Assembly (NCBI GenBank): GCA_010093815.1
Contig: ML996571.1
From: Pseudovirgaria hyperparasitica
Lineage: Eukaryota
Strand: one strand, 5' to 3'
DNA: 64,000 nt
The translations under genes and the position numbers were made by a program. Below are positions 11,362 through 23,265 of the stretch, piece after piece. The notes beneath the pieces were generated by a model, which saw nothing but the letters and a program-made list of their open reading frames with translations, searched no databases and was not told where the DNA came from. Positions within the stretch are counted from its first letter, which is position 1; each line of letters starts with the position of its first letter.

Positions 11362-12189
11362 CTCGGCCGAGGCGTGGATGGATATGGTTTGTTGTTGTTG
11401 TTGTTGATGATGTTGTCGACAAACACGGAAACATCATCATCTTTCTCCAACCACGTACGTTCAGAGTGCTTCTCTGTCTCTCAATACGGCGCACATACCC
11501 GAAATCGTGCAGACCCGGCGTTTCAATTTGGACGACAACAGCAGTGCAGCAGCCCTTTCCACCCCCCCAAAACCAATATGCAGTCATCCAATGCCCGTCT
11601 CGCAGCAATCACAACTCGCAAAAAAGCCAAAAAACCGAAAAAAACAAAAAAGGAAAGCTCCCAGCAATGCCGCATCCCGGCACATGCACGAGAAAGAAGA
11701 AGGAGGAGAAAAAAATCCCCCGACCCGCGCCCATCCTAGCAGAAGCAGAAGACGAACACCCGAGAAAACTATAGCAACTAGGTAGGTAGGTAGTGTAGGC
11801 TGGTAGATAATTAGGTGGGTGGTGATACAGACAAGGAAAGGCTGTAAGAAAATACTGTATTGTCCCAAAAAAGAAAAAAAAAAAGAGATGGACTGCCCTG
11901 CGCCACATTGAGTAATACCTACTACTTTCGCTTTCGGCCTTAAGCAAGCATCCGGATGTGCGGTGTGCAACTGCATTGGTCAACTCCTACTCCTCCTCCT
12001 CCTCTTCCTCCCCGATGGTCCAAACTCCAAAGCATTGCTTTTCTCCCGCGCCGCCGCCGCGTGTCAGGCCTTCTAGTTCTCCGCGGGCGGACGGGTCAGA
12101 CATACTTCAGCTTGTCCAAGCCATAGGGCCTGGCCGGCCGAGCTTCCTACCCCATCACGTATTCACTTGAACAGGGGCGCCTCGGCCGA
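11362..12189. promoter_or_regulatory. Further TCGGCCGA-type palindromes upstream of the deaminase
   Basis: CTCGGCCGAG 11362-11371, CGGCCGAG 12135-12142, CTCGGCCGA 12181-12189. Confidence 0.45.
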
Positions 12190-12558
12190 TGTGGTCGTGG
12201 CCGCCATTCAATCAGCACTTGATATTAGGTGAGAAGGTGGTGGTAGTAGGCATGTGTACACGGTCGTGATGGAAGTTGCATCTACATGCATATCAATGCA
12301 TATATTGATGCGGGTGCCTCGTTGTCAATGGACCGAATACTGGATGCCATATTCAAAATGGCATGACGTGAAGTTCGAGGTCACACATATCTACTTCAAA
12401 AGTTCTATAGACCGAATACAGATACCCTGAGTCCATAGTATCGATCAAGCAATACTACACGTATTGCCGCGCTCGTCACCTGTCATAATCCCGATATATA
12501 GCCATACCGAGTAAAACCACTCCAAGATAGACCCGATGCTTTCCCATCCTAATTATCG

Positions 12559-15089
12559 TTACCAAAGATTGAACGAAACATCATTATTCGCAAGATATAA
12601 TAGATTCGAAAACGAATCTGGCCCAACAAGATCACCACTATTGTTATATGGATTCGCTGCATATGCCATGCCCCCATGCATATCGTCCTGTGGGTTTCGT
12701 AGTGTAGGATCCAGCTCTACCTGGTTCGTTGGATTGGGCAAAAAGGTATTTGGGAACTGCGGATTGAACGTGTTTGCATATGGCACGGCCTGGGAAATGT
12801 CGTTCTCGGGTGCGGGGGGTGCCGGGGGCGGCGGGGCTCGTGCATAGTAAGGGTGGGCTGTGGCAGGGGCATGTGTATTGTTGTTTAGGTGATGTTGGTT
12901 TCGCACTTCGTGGTGTTGTTGCTGAACAGTTGGATGTTGACGGGATGCATCGGGTTGTTGCTGTTCAGAGGCTTTCTTGCCGTGGCCCTCAGAGTAGCGC
13001 TTGACGAAGTTTGTGACGTCGAAGCCACGCACACGTTTGGTTGAGGCGCCGTCGTGGTCCTGGGTGTCGGCTTTGCGTTTGTTGCTGTCAAATTCCGGGG
13101 CCTGACGGGCTACGCGCTCGGCCTCCTTAAGCAGGGCAGTCAGGAGACGAGCACCTCGGATGGCTATCATGCTATTATGACAGTTTTGTAGAATCTCATT
13201 GGCCTCCTCGATCAGGCGACGGTGTTCACCGTATTCCTTGTCCGCAGGCTGACGATACAGAATGTCGAGACTGAGTATGATTGCTGCAGCGACTGAGAAA
13301 GCCTGATGAATCCAGAAAACAGGCCCATCCTCCCGTACGACAGCTTTGTACTCCCTGATAATGGTCTTCGCACAATTGAGGCAAGTCCTCCGGGTGAAGG
13401 CAAATGCAGGGTTGGTGAAGCTTGGCCCCAGAAATTTCCGATGCACCATAATGATCTTGTGATTGCCGCTGATGGCCAGCGCCCTCCGCGCCCAGGGCAC
13501 GAAATGGGGGCAATTGCGCTCCATGGGTATATCAGTCTGGAATAAAGGATTACCAGACGAAAAGACATTACGTATCTCCTTGTCAAACCTGATGACCTGT
13601 TCATATTTCGTATATGGCGTGTTGTTTTCGCTCAAAGCGTCCTGTAACCGAGGCATCAGAGCCGCAAGTCTGCTGTGTACACGACAAAAACTTGTCATGG
13701 TTGGTATCGACTCTGGAAGGCTTTCCATGTCATCATCGTTACAGTTTTTAGGTAGCTCAGATGTCGAGTAGAGAGGGTTGATGAGATATGCTTCGGAGAA
13801 TGGTATCGAAAACCAATCCTGTGTACACAGTTGCAACCAGGTTCGTCGACCGGTCTCCTTCTCTACGACACTACCACGAGCCTCGTTGTTTAGTTTGTGT
13901 AGACCTAGGCCTTGGGCCAATTTTGTTGCTGCGGCTAGCAGGACCGATTGATTATTTGAATAGCCGAGAGTGTGAGCAGCCAGTGTCAGAGTGGCTATGG
14001 CCTGTACCGAGTGTACGGAATGACGCATCGTATACTCGCCAATGTTTAGGCAGATCATGACTGCTCTGAACCACCTCTTAGATAACATTTCCTGCTCTTT
14101 CTCCTGGAAACCCCACATTCTGGCAGTATTACCAGGCGCGGACGCGAGACTAACAGTCAAGACGGAGAAAAGTAGCGCGACCCATTGTAGGTCGACGCCT
14201 TCCTGTACAATGGACCCGTTGTGAGTGCCCAAGAAGTCCTCAAGCTGTTTCTTAAAGGTGGGACCGAAGAAAGAACCATGGTACCACAGAACATGAAGAA
14301 GGTGATACTCCACAAGATACCACAACTGACGCGGATCAGGTAGCAGCAATTGTAGTAGACTGAGTTGAGAATGCTCAATTGGCTCAATGTTGTCTAGCGA
14401 TAGTGTTGTACGCGCATCACCAAGCTCGCCTGTTCGGTTTATTCCATAGTGACTTTGCGAAGAGGCGACTGTGTTATAATCGGGATTCTTCCTACGGCCC
14501 CAGGCAAGGAACTCCAGTATGGTGGCGGCATCTTCTATTTCGGATGTGTTCAGGTGTGTTTTGGCTGAGGGTTCGGTGTGATTTCGCTGCAAGGCGGGAA
14601 GTGGTTTCATAGGTGCAACCGGCGCTACATCCAATACATCAGTACTATGGCCGTTGCGCATATAGCAGTATGGTACCTGTTGGTGTGGCTACTCCGAGAT
14701 GCCGTTCAGGTACATGGCGACCGGTACTGGTGTTATTGCCTTGAAGAGCAGCTTCGAGCTCCGCGATGCGCCGCCGCAAGCCATCTACTACTATTGGATC
14801 ACTACCAGTATGAGAGCCATATGAAGAGGTATGAGGTATTTCATGACGTGTGGCTTCATGGTGCACGACCGATTGATCTCGAGGGAACTGGGGTTTGTCG
14901 ACATCGTCGTCCCGCGTACAAGCATCTTGAACGCCTCTGAGTATGGGATTAGAAACAGCCACATGGAACCAATGGTAACAACACTCACTTTCGTATACAG
15001 TTATTACACGGGATCTCCTTATTGCACTTGACCTTACGTCTTGTGCATGCCGAGCAAGCCAAACGCTTTCGGTTGACGGCGGTCGACAT
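12559..15089 (-). CDS. Zn(II)2Cys6 transcription factor with fungal TF middle homology domain; introns ~14988-14939 and ~14677-14628
   Basis: Exon 1 MSTAVNRKRLACSACTRRKVKCNKEIPCNNCIRK then RGVQDAC gives six Cys. Middle domain has ATKLAQGLGLHKL, ETGRRTWLQLCTQDW, IIMVHRKFL. Confidence 0.9.
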
Positions 15090-15110
15090 CGCTCACGTTC
15101 CAGGTTATGG

Positions 15111-15408
15111 TCGGCCGAGAGTGGGTACGGGTGACTGGACCCTATGGGAGCGTTTAGCGTTCAGCCCGTATAGACGGGACGGTATTAGAGTACATGGCGA
15201 TATTGCGGAGACGATGGCACTGCTGTTCAAATGCGCGATGTAAGGAATTAGAGTGGTGTTGAGTTCGTTGGGTCGGGGATGGTGTGACTACGACCTAATC
15301 TCCCGCGCGAAAGATCAAGCGGCCAACACCCCTACCTTCTTCGACTTGCGCGCTTCGTCAGGCCGGCTAAGGGCCGCTGCCGATCCCATCTCCTCGGCAC
15401 TCGGCCGA
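15111..15408. promoter_or_regulatory. Two TCGGCCGA palindromes upstream of the Zn2Cys6 gene (possible autoregulation)
   Basis: TCGGCCGAG 15111-15119 and CTCGGCCGA 15400-15408. Confidence 0.5.
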
Positions 15409-15554
15409 AGGTTGTTCCTACCCTCCTCACTGGTATCAGAATCGCAGTACAGATTATTCGAGACATGTCTTGTCTATGAACAGTACTATCTAGAATCCAG
15501 TCTACAATAATGAAGAGATAATGCAATTTCTATCGAACGGTCTGCGCTCAGAGT

Positions 15555-15840
15555 CTGGGGTATTTAACATGACACTGTACATTCCCACGTCTCAAAGGCA
15601 CATCCAAAGTTACATCCAACATCCACTACTACCACACTGTGCATACAGCGTTCATATATGTTGGAAAACTACATTCATGGCCTTGTTCTGCATCAGTAGC
15701 CCTGGGGTATTCAATATGACACTGCAAATTCCCCCGGTCTAAGAGGCACATCTAAAATTACATCCCCTGATAGAATGTGCGTACTGCATTTGTGTATTTT
15801 GGTGGGCTACAATCATGGCCTTGTTTTGCGATCAAGCAGT
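15555..15840. repeat. Diverged tandem duplication, period ~147 bp, 2 copies
   Basis: CTGGGGTATTTAACATGACACTG..GGCACATCCAAAGTTACATCC..CTACATTCATGGCCTTGTT at 15555 versus CTGGGGTATTCAATATGACACTG..GGCACATCTAAAATTACATCC..CTACAATCATGGCCTTGTT at 15702. Confidence 0.85.
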
Positions 15841-16445
15841 TGGCGGGAAGGGATGTGTGCATTATCAGTGTAACAGGCGCAGCGCATGGATGAATGAATT
15901 ACAAAAGATGTCTGTTGGTCTCTTATTCCTCCTCCGAGCTGGAGGAGAAGCTTACCTGCAGGGAAATGAGATCCATCAGGTCATGGTCACAGGCAGCGAG
16001 CACGCGCAGTGATAGTTCTGATCTATTTTCAAAGGTAACAAACTGACATACAAAATCCACAAAAGTTCTATCAGTCTACAATTTGGTCCTGTATCGGTGT
16101 ATGACTCGACTGGATCAAGCATACCTTCTACAAACTACATCCGTTGGCAATTTCCATGGAAATCCGGCTATAAACAATCCTGGATCCTTGGGACCAAAGT
16201 GGCTGGCCATGATGGTCCAAATGATAAGTCCTTGGTATGGTCCATTATCACAAGGCATGTTCCTGGGCTGCAAGAGGTCCTGGGGAGATGCAAGCGATGA
16301 GCTCTACCTGAGCTTTCATCCTTGACTTGGATTTGCCCAGCCTGGGTTAAGATCCAATGATTGAAATCCTTGGGGTGCATACTAACCTGAGATGCGAAGG
16401 TCGATTTTATCGAGAAGATTAAGCCGTGCGCCAATCATAGCAAGT

Positions 16446-18037
16446 TCAACCGGAAGCAGGCATGTGTGCTCGCATAATGTCTTTGAGGAGGTCGGACGCT
16501 TTCATGAAGTCGGCATAACCGGTGTCGTCGTTGGGGTCCTGAACTTTTTCAAGAAGTTGGAAGACAACCTTCCGCTGGGCAGTGAACTTCTTGGCAAGAA
16601 GTTCTTTCTGTTGCTTGGCAGCCTCTTCCGCCTTCTGGGCGCTCTGATCGACAACAGGTGACTTGGCAGCCTTTTGTCGTTTCTCGGGAATTTCATCGGG
16701 AGTGTCAGTGGCTTTACGTTTACGGTTGCCTTGGCGCTTCGTAGAGTTGTTTGTTGTGGAGGGTGTTGCATCTTGCTCAAGCGGGGAAGCACTTCCGGTG
16801 TAGTCGTGCACTCGTTTCATATGGTCAAACAAGTTGTAACGACGTGGAAAACCATTGCCAGGCAGGGAACGCTCGCAGTCGGGAAAGGAGCAGAGGTGAG
16901 GCTTAGAGCCATGGCCGTGCATTCCATGAGCCTCACGCTCATGGCGAAGGAGACAGGCAGTGGATGAGAAGGGAGTGTTGGCGCACGATGCCACCTTGCA
17001 TCGAAAAGGTCGAAGGTGCGAATCGACGTACTTGTCGTAGTTGCATTTGAGCTTTGTTGGCTTGTGTGTGCAACCAGCTTCACCTTCGTGGGGGCAATGG
17101 TACTTGTCGTCTTCTGGATTGGGTAAGGCCGAGTACAGAGGATGAGTCCGGGCCAGTTTTGTACTTTCGGCATCTTCGAGGCTGTTGGTAGAGGAAGCAT
17201 CCTCTTCGGCTTCCTCATAGTAAACTTCTGTGTCGGTAACCTTGCTGTTTTGAGTCACATCCAGCGTCTCCTCAGGGCTGAAAGGGCTGTTAGAAGCATA
17301 TTTAGAGTACACAGGGCGGGCACTGACCTTTGGAAGGTGAAGTAATTGTTGGGTGGGAAAGCCTGCTGGCTCATGGTGCCTGATGGCCATGTAATCGGGG
17401 ATGAGTCGTGGTAGATCATGGGCGTTGCATATGTACTGAACGGATATGGGCCACTGTAAGTCTGAGCATCAGTAGTAGGCCAGTGGGCTTGAGCATCAGA
17501 TGTGAAGTCAAAAGCCGGTACACTAGAAAATGCATCGGCGTTATTGAAGTCTCCGATCGCACTCCGGCTAGAACCAGACTCGCTTGTAGGAAGCGTTATT
17601 TGGCCAAGATCCGAAACAGGGCCTTGGAATGGGATAAAAGATTCAGAGCTTAAGGAAGGAGAACATAGAGAACTGGAATATGCAGGATATTGGGCCTTGA
17701 GGTCCTGGCTGTGGCCCACTGTCCCGTCAGGGTAAGTAGCCCTCCTCGATGTGTCGGGTTGGCTCATGTAAGCGCTGTCGTTCATATCTGAAGCTGCTGA
17801 GCTGCCACCGTCCTTGGAAAGAAATTGGTCCTGGATGTATGCCATTTCGGAAAAGTCTTCCACGGGAAACTGTCCTGACTGGATCCACACGGCAGTATCC
17901 AACTCTGTCAAGGAAAATGATCCAACAGGCTCGCTGAAATAACCGTAAGTTAGTCGTGTACCTCGAATGGCTGAATGACGTTTGCAGGTTTGAACAAATG
18001 AAAGATACATGATGCCAAAGTATACAGGGAAAGCCAT
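16446..18037 (-). CDS. C2H2 zinc-finger transcription factor (resembles the Cos1/Ezf-type fungal family); introns 18008-17934 and 17328-17288; alternative start 17845
   Basis: YHCPHEGEAGCTHKPTKLKCNYDKYVDSHLRPFRC..C..FSSTACLLRHEREAH..HLC..C..FPRRYNLFDHMKRVH. A 41-nt GTCAGT..CTAACAG intron reconciles the two overlapping ORFs. Confidence 0.88.
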
Positions 18038-21000
18038 GTTAGTTCACGTCCGTGGTCCTGACACGCATTAGTATACATTCAGTATGGCTATATCGTATGT
18101 ACATACCGGTCTCATGGTCTCTGAGCGTAGAACCTGGGATTAGAGCAGGCCAGTTCCAGCTGCTGCTTGTGTTAAAAGGCCAGAGGATTGACAGGAGCAC
18201 CACCAGGTGGAAGGACCAGGAGGTACAAGGAATGCCAGTAAAACTGTGGTGGAGAACAATCAGGAAATCAAGAACCAGTTAGGTATTGGCCACGATCCAG
18301 TGGAAGGACACCCGGAGGAGCAATTACAAGCCAGGTCTCACCAGTTCGTTTCCACAAAGACTTCACCGGCTAGAAGTTAGTGTATGATCAAGCATGATGA
18401 TGACCATGATTTTGCCACAGTATACGTACCACGACAAATGGATATCCTGTGGATCCTGATGGTTTTGCCAGCTCAAGAGAGCTTGGCAATCCGCGGGAGC
18501 CTCCATGGCAGGCGGGATTACGGAACCGGCAAAACAAGGGCATTGGTCAGGTCCATCGCGTCAACCGAACCATCATGTAGTCCGCAGTCGCTAAGGCCAT
18601 AGAAGCATCACTGGTCAGGTAAAGGGCAAAAGCATAGAGATAGAGGACAGAGATTGTGCCAGTAAACTGACAAGATCTCGTCCCACTCTTCACTCAGCTC
18701 GGGATCAGGCACGGATGGGTGTGAATGGACACGGAGCAAATGACCTGGATCACGTTTTACGCACATGGACAAGTCCACTGCTGGGAACCTTGGGATTATC
18801 GAACTTCATCAATAGGCCAGTGGAACCAAAGCCGGACAGGCAGGAAACTTCAGGTAGCAAGGCCAGAGTAATGGTTCGATTGTTGTTTGCGACGATGTCG
18901 AGTCGCATAGTGTCCTTGAGCTTACCTTTGACATAATCGATACCTTGTAAGTGTATAGCGATTGTGTCGACCTGGTACCTTCAGAGCAATCCGTGTGGTT
19001 TCGTCGTCAGTCCTGGTGGCCTTGAAGGTCCTGCAAATCCAGATAACGTAGGCCATAAAGTGGTCCAATCCTCGGCGGGTATCTGTATGGCAACCCGCAA
19101 TGGCAAAAAAAAGCAGACTTTGATACAAGGAGAATTACATGAATATCAGATACAGGAATACAAGGCAATGCAGAGTGGAGAAGACTGAAAAACCGTCGGG
19201 TAATACCTGGTAGAGACGGGTCCTTTCTCGCGGTTGCGAGTGTTCATCATGGGTCCGATGGATATGAATGTGATACCTTGAAAAACCTCTGGATGGCGGA
19301 TATGAACGCTCAGTGTGTCGAGGTCGATTTGATGGGTGGTTGGTAGGGAGAATTGTTGGAGAACCAAAAAGTGGTGAGCGTAGGAAGTAGAGACGTGAGG
19401 GGTGTAAGAGACAGATGACGGGAAAATGGGTGGGGGTGGGCACGCGGTGGTTTAAAGGAAACAGGGAAGGGGGCCGACGTAAGCGAGCAGCGCGACGGGC
19501 TTGGAACACGGGAGGGGATGCAGCCCGCGCCGGTGCTTGGAGACTTTCAAGTTTAGGGGGGGGAAGTAGAGGAAAAGCAGAGAGACACGGGCTGGCGTGC
19601 TGGCGGGCTGACGGGCTGACCGGCTAAAGGGGTCAGGGTTTGACGTTTCGGCCAAGTTTGCTTGACGCTTGACCCTGCCATACCCTCCCTTTCCATGAGT
19701 GTTACGAATCGGGTGTAGTATCAATGTTTGTTTACTTACGTGGGAGTAATCTACATCGATGTCGTTACACAAAGGCCTTAGCTTGACCACTTGTGGACAT
19801 AATATACGTACATAGATGGTTTACTTGCTGATCAATAAACTGTTCATCCCTGCGATACCTTTACGTAGCGAAAACGAGCGTTGAGCAGCACGAGTCACGC
19901 CCCCCTTGGCTCCCTGTCAAGATCCTGTCTTCTTCCCACAAACTGACCAGTGACAAGTGATACTACTGACAGGCTGTGCTGAATCCTGATGCTGATGTGC
20001 ACACCGTCAGGGAAGTTCTCATCTCTCATCTCTGGAATTAATCATCACTTCTCTCAGAGTTCATTATTCAAATGAGGAAGTCACGGGCACCCGGCTGGCA
20101 CAGAGTACATATTCGATCTACAACAACAAACTCCAAGCTCCACCATGCTCTCACCATCGCGACTCATGATGGCAACCTCGTGCAGAATGTCCGTGTCAAT
20201 CTGTCCTTGTCCTTGTCCGTGTCCTTGTTCTTTGATCTTGATCTTGTTCTTGCTGTCGACACGGGTGGCACGGCTTGGTCGTCGCGCTGGCTATGATCGA
20301 GAAAACGCCAGTTAATACTGTACTATAGGTAACTACTGACTACTAACTACAATCAATCACGGCATCTTGAAATTCGAGCGGCTGCGGGACTTTTCGCTCC
20401 GCCCGTCGCACCGTCTGTGAGAACCGGGAGTTGCCTGTCTCTCATCTGCCGACTGAACCAAGCACTCATACTTACTGTACATACAAATTCTGTGACTTGC
20501 CGTGAAGAAACAAGGGCCGACAGTCGAACCCCCGTGGCCTTGCAATTATTCGCAATGGCCAGCGCACACTTGGTTTTCCCCAAATGCCCAAGTGTTGCAA
20601 CAGCTGATGCAGTCTAGTTTCCATCAAGGTTTGTCGTCGCACGTTGCATCATCCTGCATCCTCTTCGTAACCGGCGAGGATAGTCATGCCTCGTTGCCAT
20701 ATCCTGAAGCCCCGTTAGGTATCGACCTGCTCATCAATTCTCGATGTGGATGCGACAAACGTTCCTGGCATTCCTCGAATGCAAGTCGAAAATCATTACC
20801 ACAACTTGTTCTATACTCCTGATTACCTACAACAAGAACCAGGGTAATAGTTCTCGAAGAATTTTGTGCTGTGTGTACAGCCGAAAGCCCTGATAAAGAC
20901 CATGTTCATGTTTCTCTCATTTCTTCTGCTCTCTGGACTATCGAATCTCAATCCGAGACTAACGCAATATGACGATCGACGAGGCGGCAACTCAGAAATA

Positions 21001-22039
21001 GGAGCTTCGTCGCAGAGTGCCTGCCGACGACTTTTACGAATCGCGCATTGCATTACTAAATGATAAATTGTTGATGGCCATTACAAGAGCCTGCACTTTT
21101 GGTAACAAGATTGATGATCGAATCAATCTGAAATGGTGCATTTCGATCTTTATTGAAGTCGCAACACACGGTGGTGTGTAGTCAGCGTCAGTCACGGATA
21201 AGCGCTCACGGGCCTGTCCTAACGAGGCAAGAATCGCATCGGCCGCAACGGCACACCACTCCTCAACGTAAGCCATGTATTTGGAGCTGATTTTCGCGGG
21301 AGCGGTACAAAGTTCGACTGTTTCGCGCTTTGACCTTGTATGGGATTGTGGGGAGAAAGGTCAATGGCGTTGGTGAAGGGCCATTCAGCCACCTTTTTGT
21401 CGGCTTGGGATACGATCAACACGATCGTTCCGAGGTCACATCGCCATTCGCTCATTGCACTGGACGCGAATCAGAAACGCCAGACGGACGAAAGTTTATT
21501 CGACTCGAAACAATCAAGCCCGGTGTTCCCTGCGCCCACCACATCTTCTGCTGGAGCGATCCACAACACCGTTGTATTGCGCGTTTTAAGATAGCCCATG
21601 GCGCAACCCTCTTGTGTGAAACTTCAGTGATCTTCTTGATGAGCAAGAACTTTGGACATATTCGGCGAAGATTCCCCCCGTCGTCCCGTGTTCAGATTCA
21701 CCTCGGCTTTCGATCTTTGGGACGCGGAGAGGCGGTCTGTGGATCGACGCACATGAGCATCCTTATCGAGATAGTGACACGTGACACTCTGCCGTCCACT
21801 CCTCGCTAATATGTTCTTCCAGCTCCGAGCGTTACTCACGCCTCCACCAATCAGACCCACACGTAGCTGTATACTTTGACGGTTTGCACATCCCCCTCCA
21901 TAACGCAATAGGGTTCGGCGACCTGGACCAACCATGACAACCTGATCTGAGAACCATCTGCGTGTGCTCCAGATCGCGGATCGCGTGTATAACAATAGCA
22001 TTACTCACCCAGCATACACACACTCACAGCAATCTCACA

Positions 22040-23086
22040 ATGGCACGACTTGCCACTGCTGGCGCTCCACCCGGCGCCCCAGATACAACATCGATCAACC
22101 TCGAGCGCATCCTATCGCGGCTAGAGCGCACACTCCTCTCTTCAAACAGCGATCCAAAGCTACGCAGGTCAGGCTTCGAACGCACAAAGGTTGGCGCAGT
22201 AGGTTCATCCCACCGCACACGGTACATTTCCCTCCGTCTCACTCTTTCCCCCCCTCCCTCCTCCTCAACTGGTCCGCCGTTGACCCCCGTGCCGTAGAAT
22301 CTCGAGCACGCAAGATCGCTCCTGCTACGACTCGAACACGAGAGCGCCGATATCAAGATCCAGTCGAGGAAGCAGACCGTGCAGGCGGAGCTGCAGGCCC
22401 GCCGCGAGCAGATCAAGCGATTGACCCAGCGCCTGTACGAGCTCAACCAGCTCGACGACTCCGAGGGGGACTCGGAGTCCGACGAGGCCGATGATGATGA
22501 TGATGACGACGAGGACTTGTTCCCGTCATATGCGCCGGCGAAGCACGCCGAGGGCGGGCTCGAGACGTCGCATACACCGCAGAATGAAGCGCTGAGGGCC
22601 GCCGCGGAGAATCTGACGTCGTCGATCCGGGCCCGGAGGCCTCAAGCGGCGGCGGCGGCGACGACTGAAGCTGCTGCGACTTCGACGACGAGAGGGACGA
22701 CGACGGGCAGCACGCCGTTTCCTGCGTCGGGTAGACCTACTACGGAGACTACTACGACTGCGACGACAGAAGCCATGCTATCACATAACAGGGCCGAGCA
22801 GGAGGATCTTACGTCGTCGCTGTTCTCGATGGCACAGGCACTCAAGGCACAGAGCGTCAAGTTTGCTCAGACGCTAGACCTGGACAAAGAAGTGTTGAAC
22901 AAGACCATTGCAGGCCTGGACAAGAACACAGACGGCATGGACGCAGCTGGGCGGAAGATGGGCACCCTGCGACGGATGACCGAGGGCAAGGGCTGGTGGG
23001 CTCGGATGCAGCTATACGCAATCATAGCCGGATTGTGGTTTGTCGCGTTTGCCATTGTCTTCATACTGCCCAAGTTTAGATTCTGA
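22040..23086 (+). CDS. USE1: ER Qc-SNARE Use1-like protein; intron ~22199-22298
   Basis: INLERILSRLE..ERTKVGA|NLEHARSLLLRLE. SNARE motif HNRAEQEDLTSSLFSMAQALK..LDKN..M..AGRKMGTL. C-terminal TM segment ending LPKFRF. Confidence 0.85.
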
Positions 23087-23265
23087 GCGCGTTTGGGATA
23101 CGGCTGCATAGCGACGGCGCACACGGTATATTAGTCCACGATTTAAGAAATTATTCTATGTTCATATCTTTCTTATGGATCATGCCATGCCAGTGCCCAC
23201 AGACCAGCTTTTTGCTAGACATGACAAAAAAACCGCCCCTTCCATCCATGCATGCCCACTTCACC

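Noticed and set aside
11920..11945. GGCCGAAAGCGAAAG on the minus strand resembling part of a hammerhead ribozyme
   Set aside because: No CUGAUGA core or required stems found.
14628..14677. Apparent frame break between the Zn cluster exon and the 700-aa ORF
   Set aside because: A GTACCA..CTGAT..TAG intron joins them.
17255..17390. Overlap of two ORFs suggesting a frameshift or pseudogene in the C2H2 gene
   Set aside because: Explained by a 41-nt GT-AG intron that restores the frame.
18400..22000. Many short ORFs (60-160 aa); possible decayed gene near 21000-21800
   Set aside because: No motif or consistent frame. Treated as a long regulatory region, although a pseudogene is not excluded.
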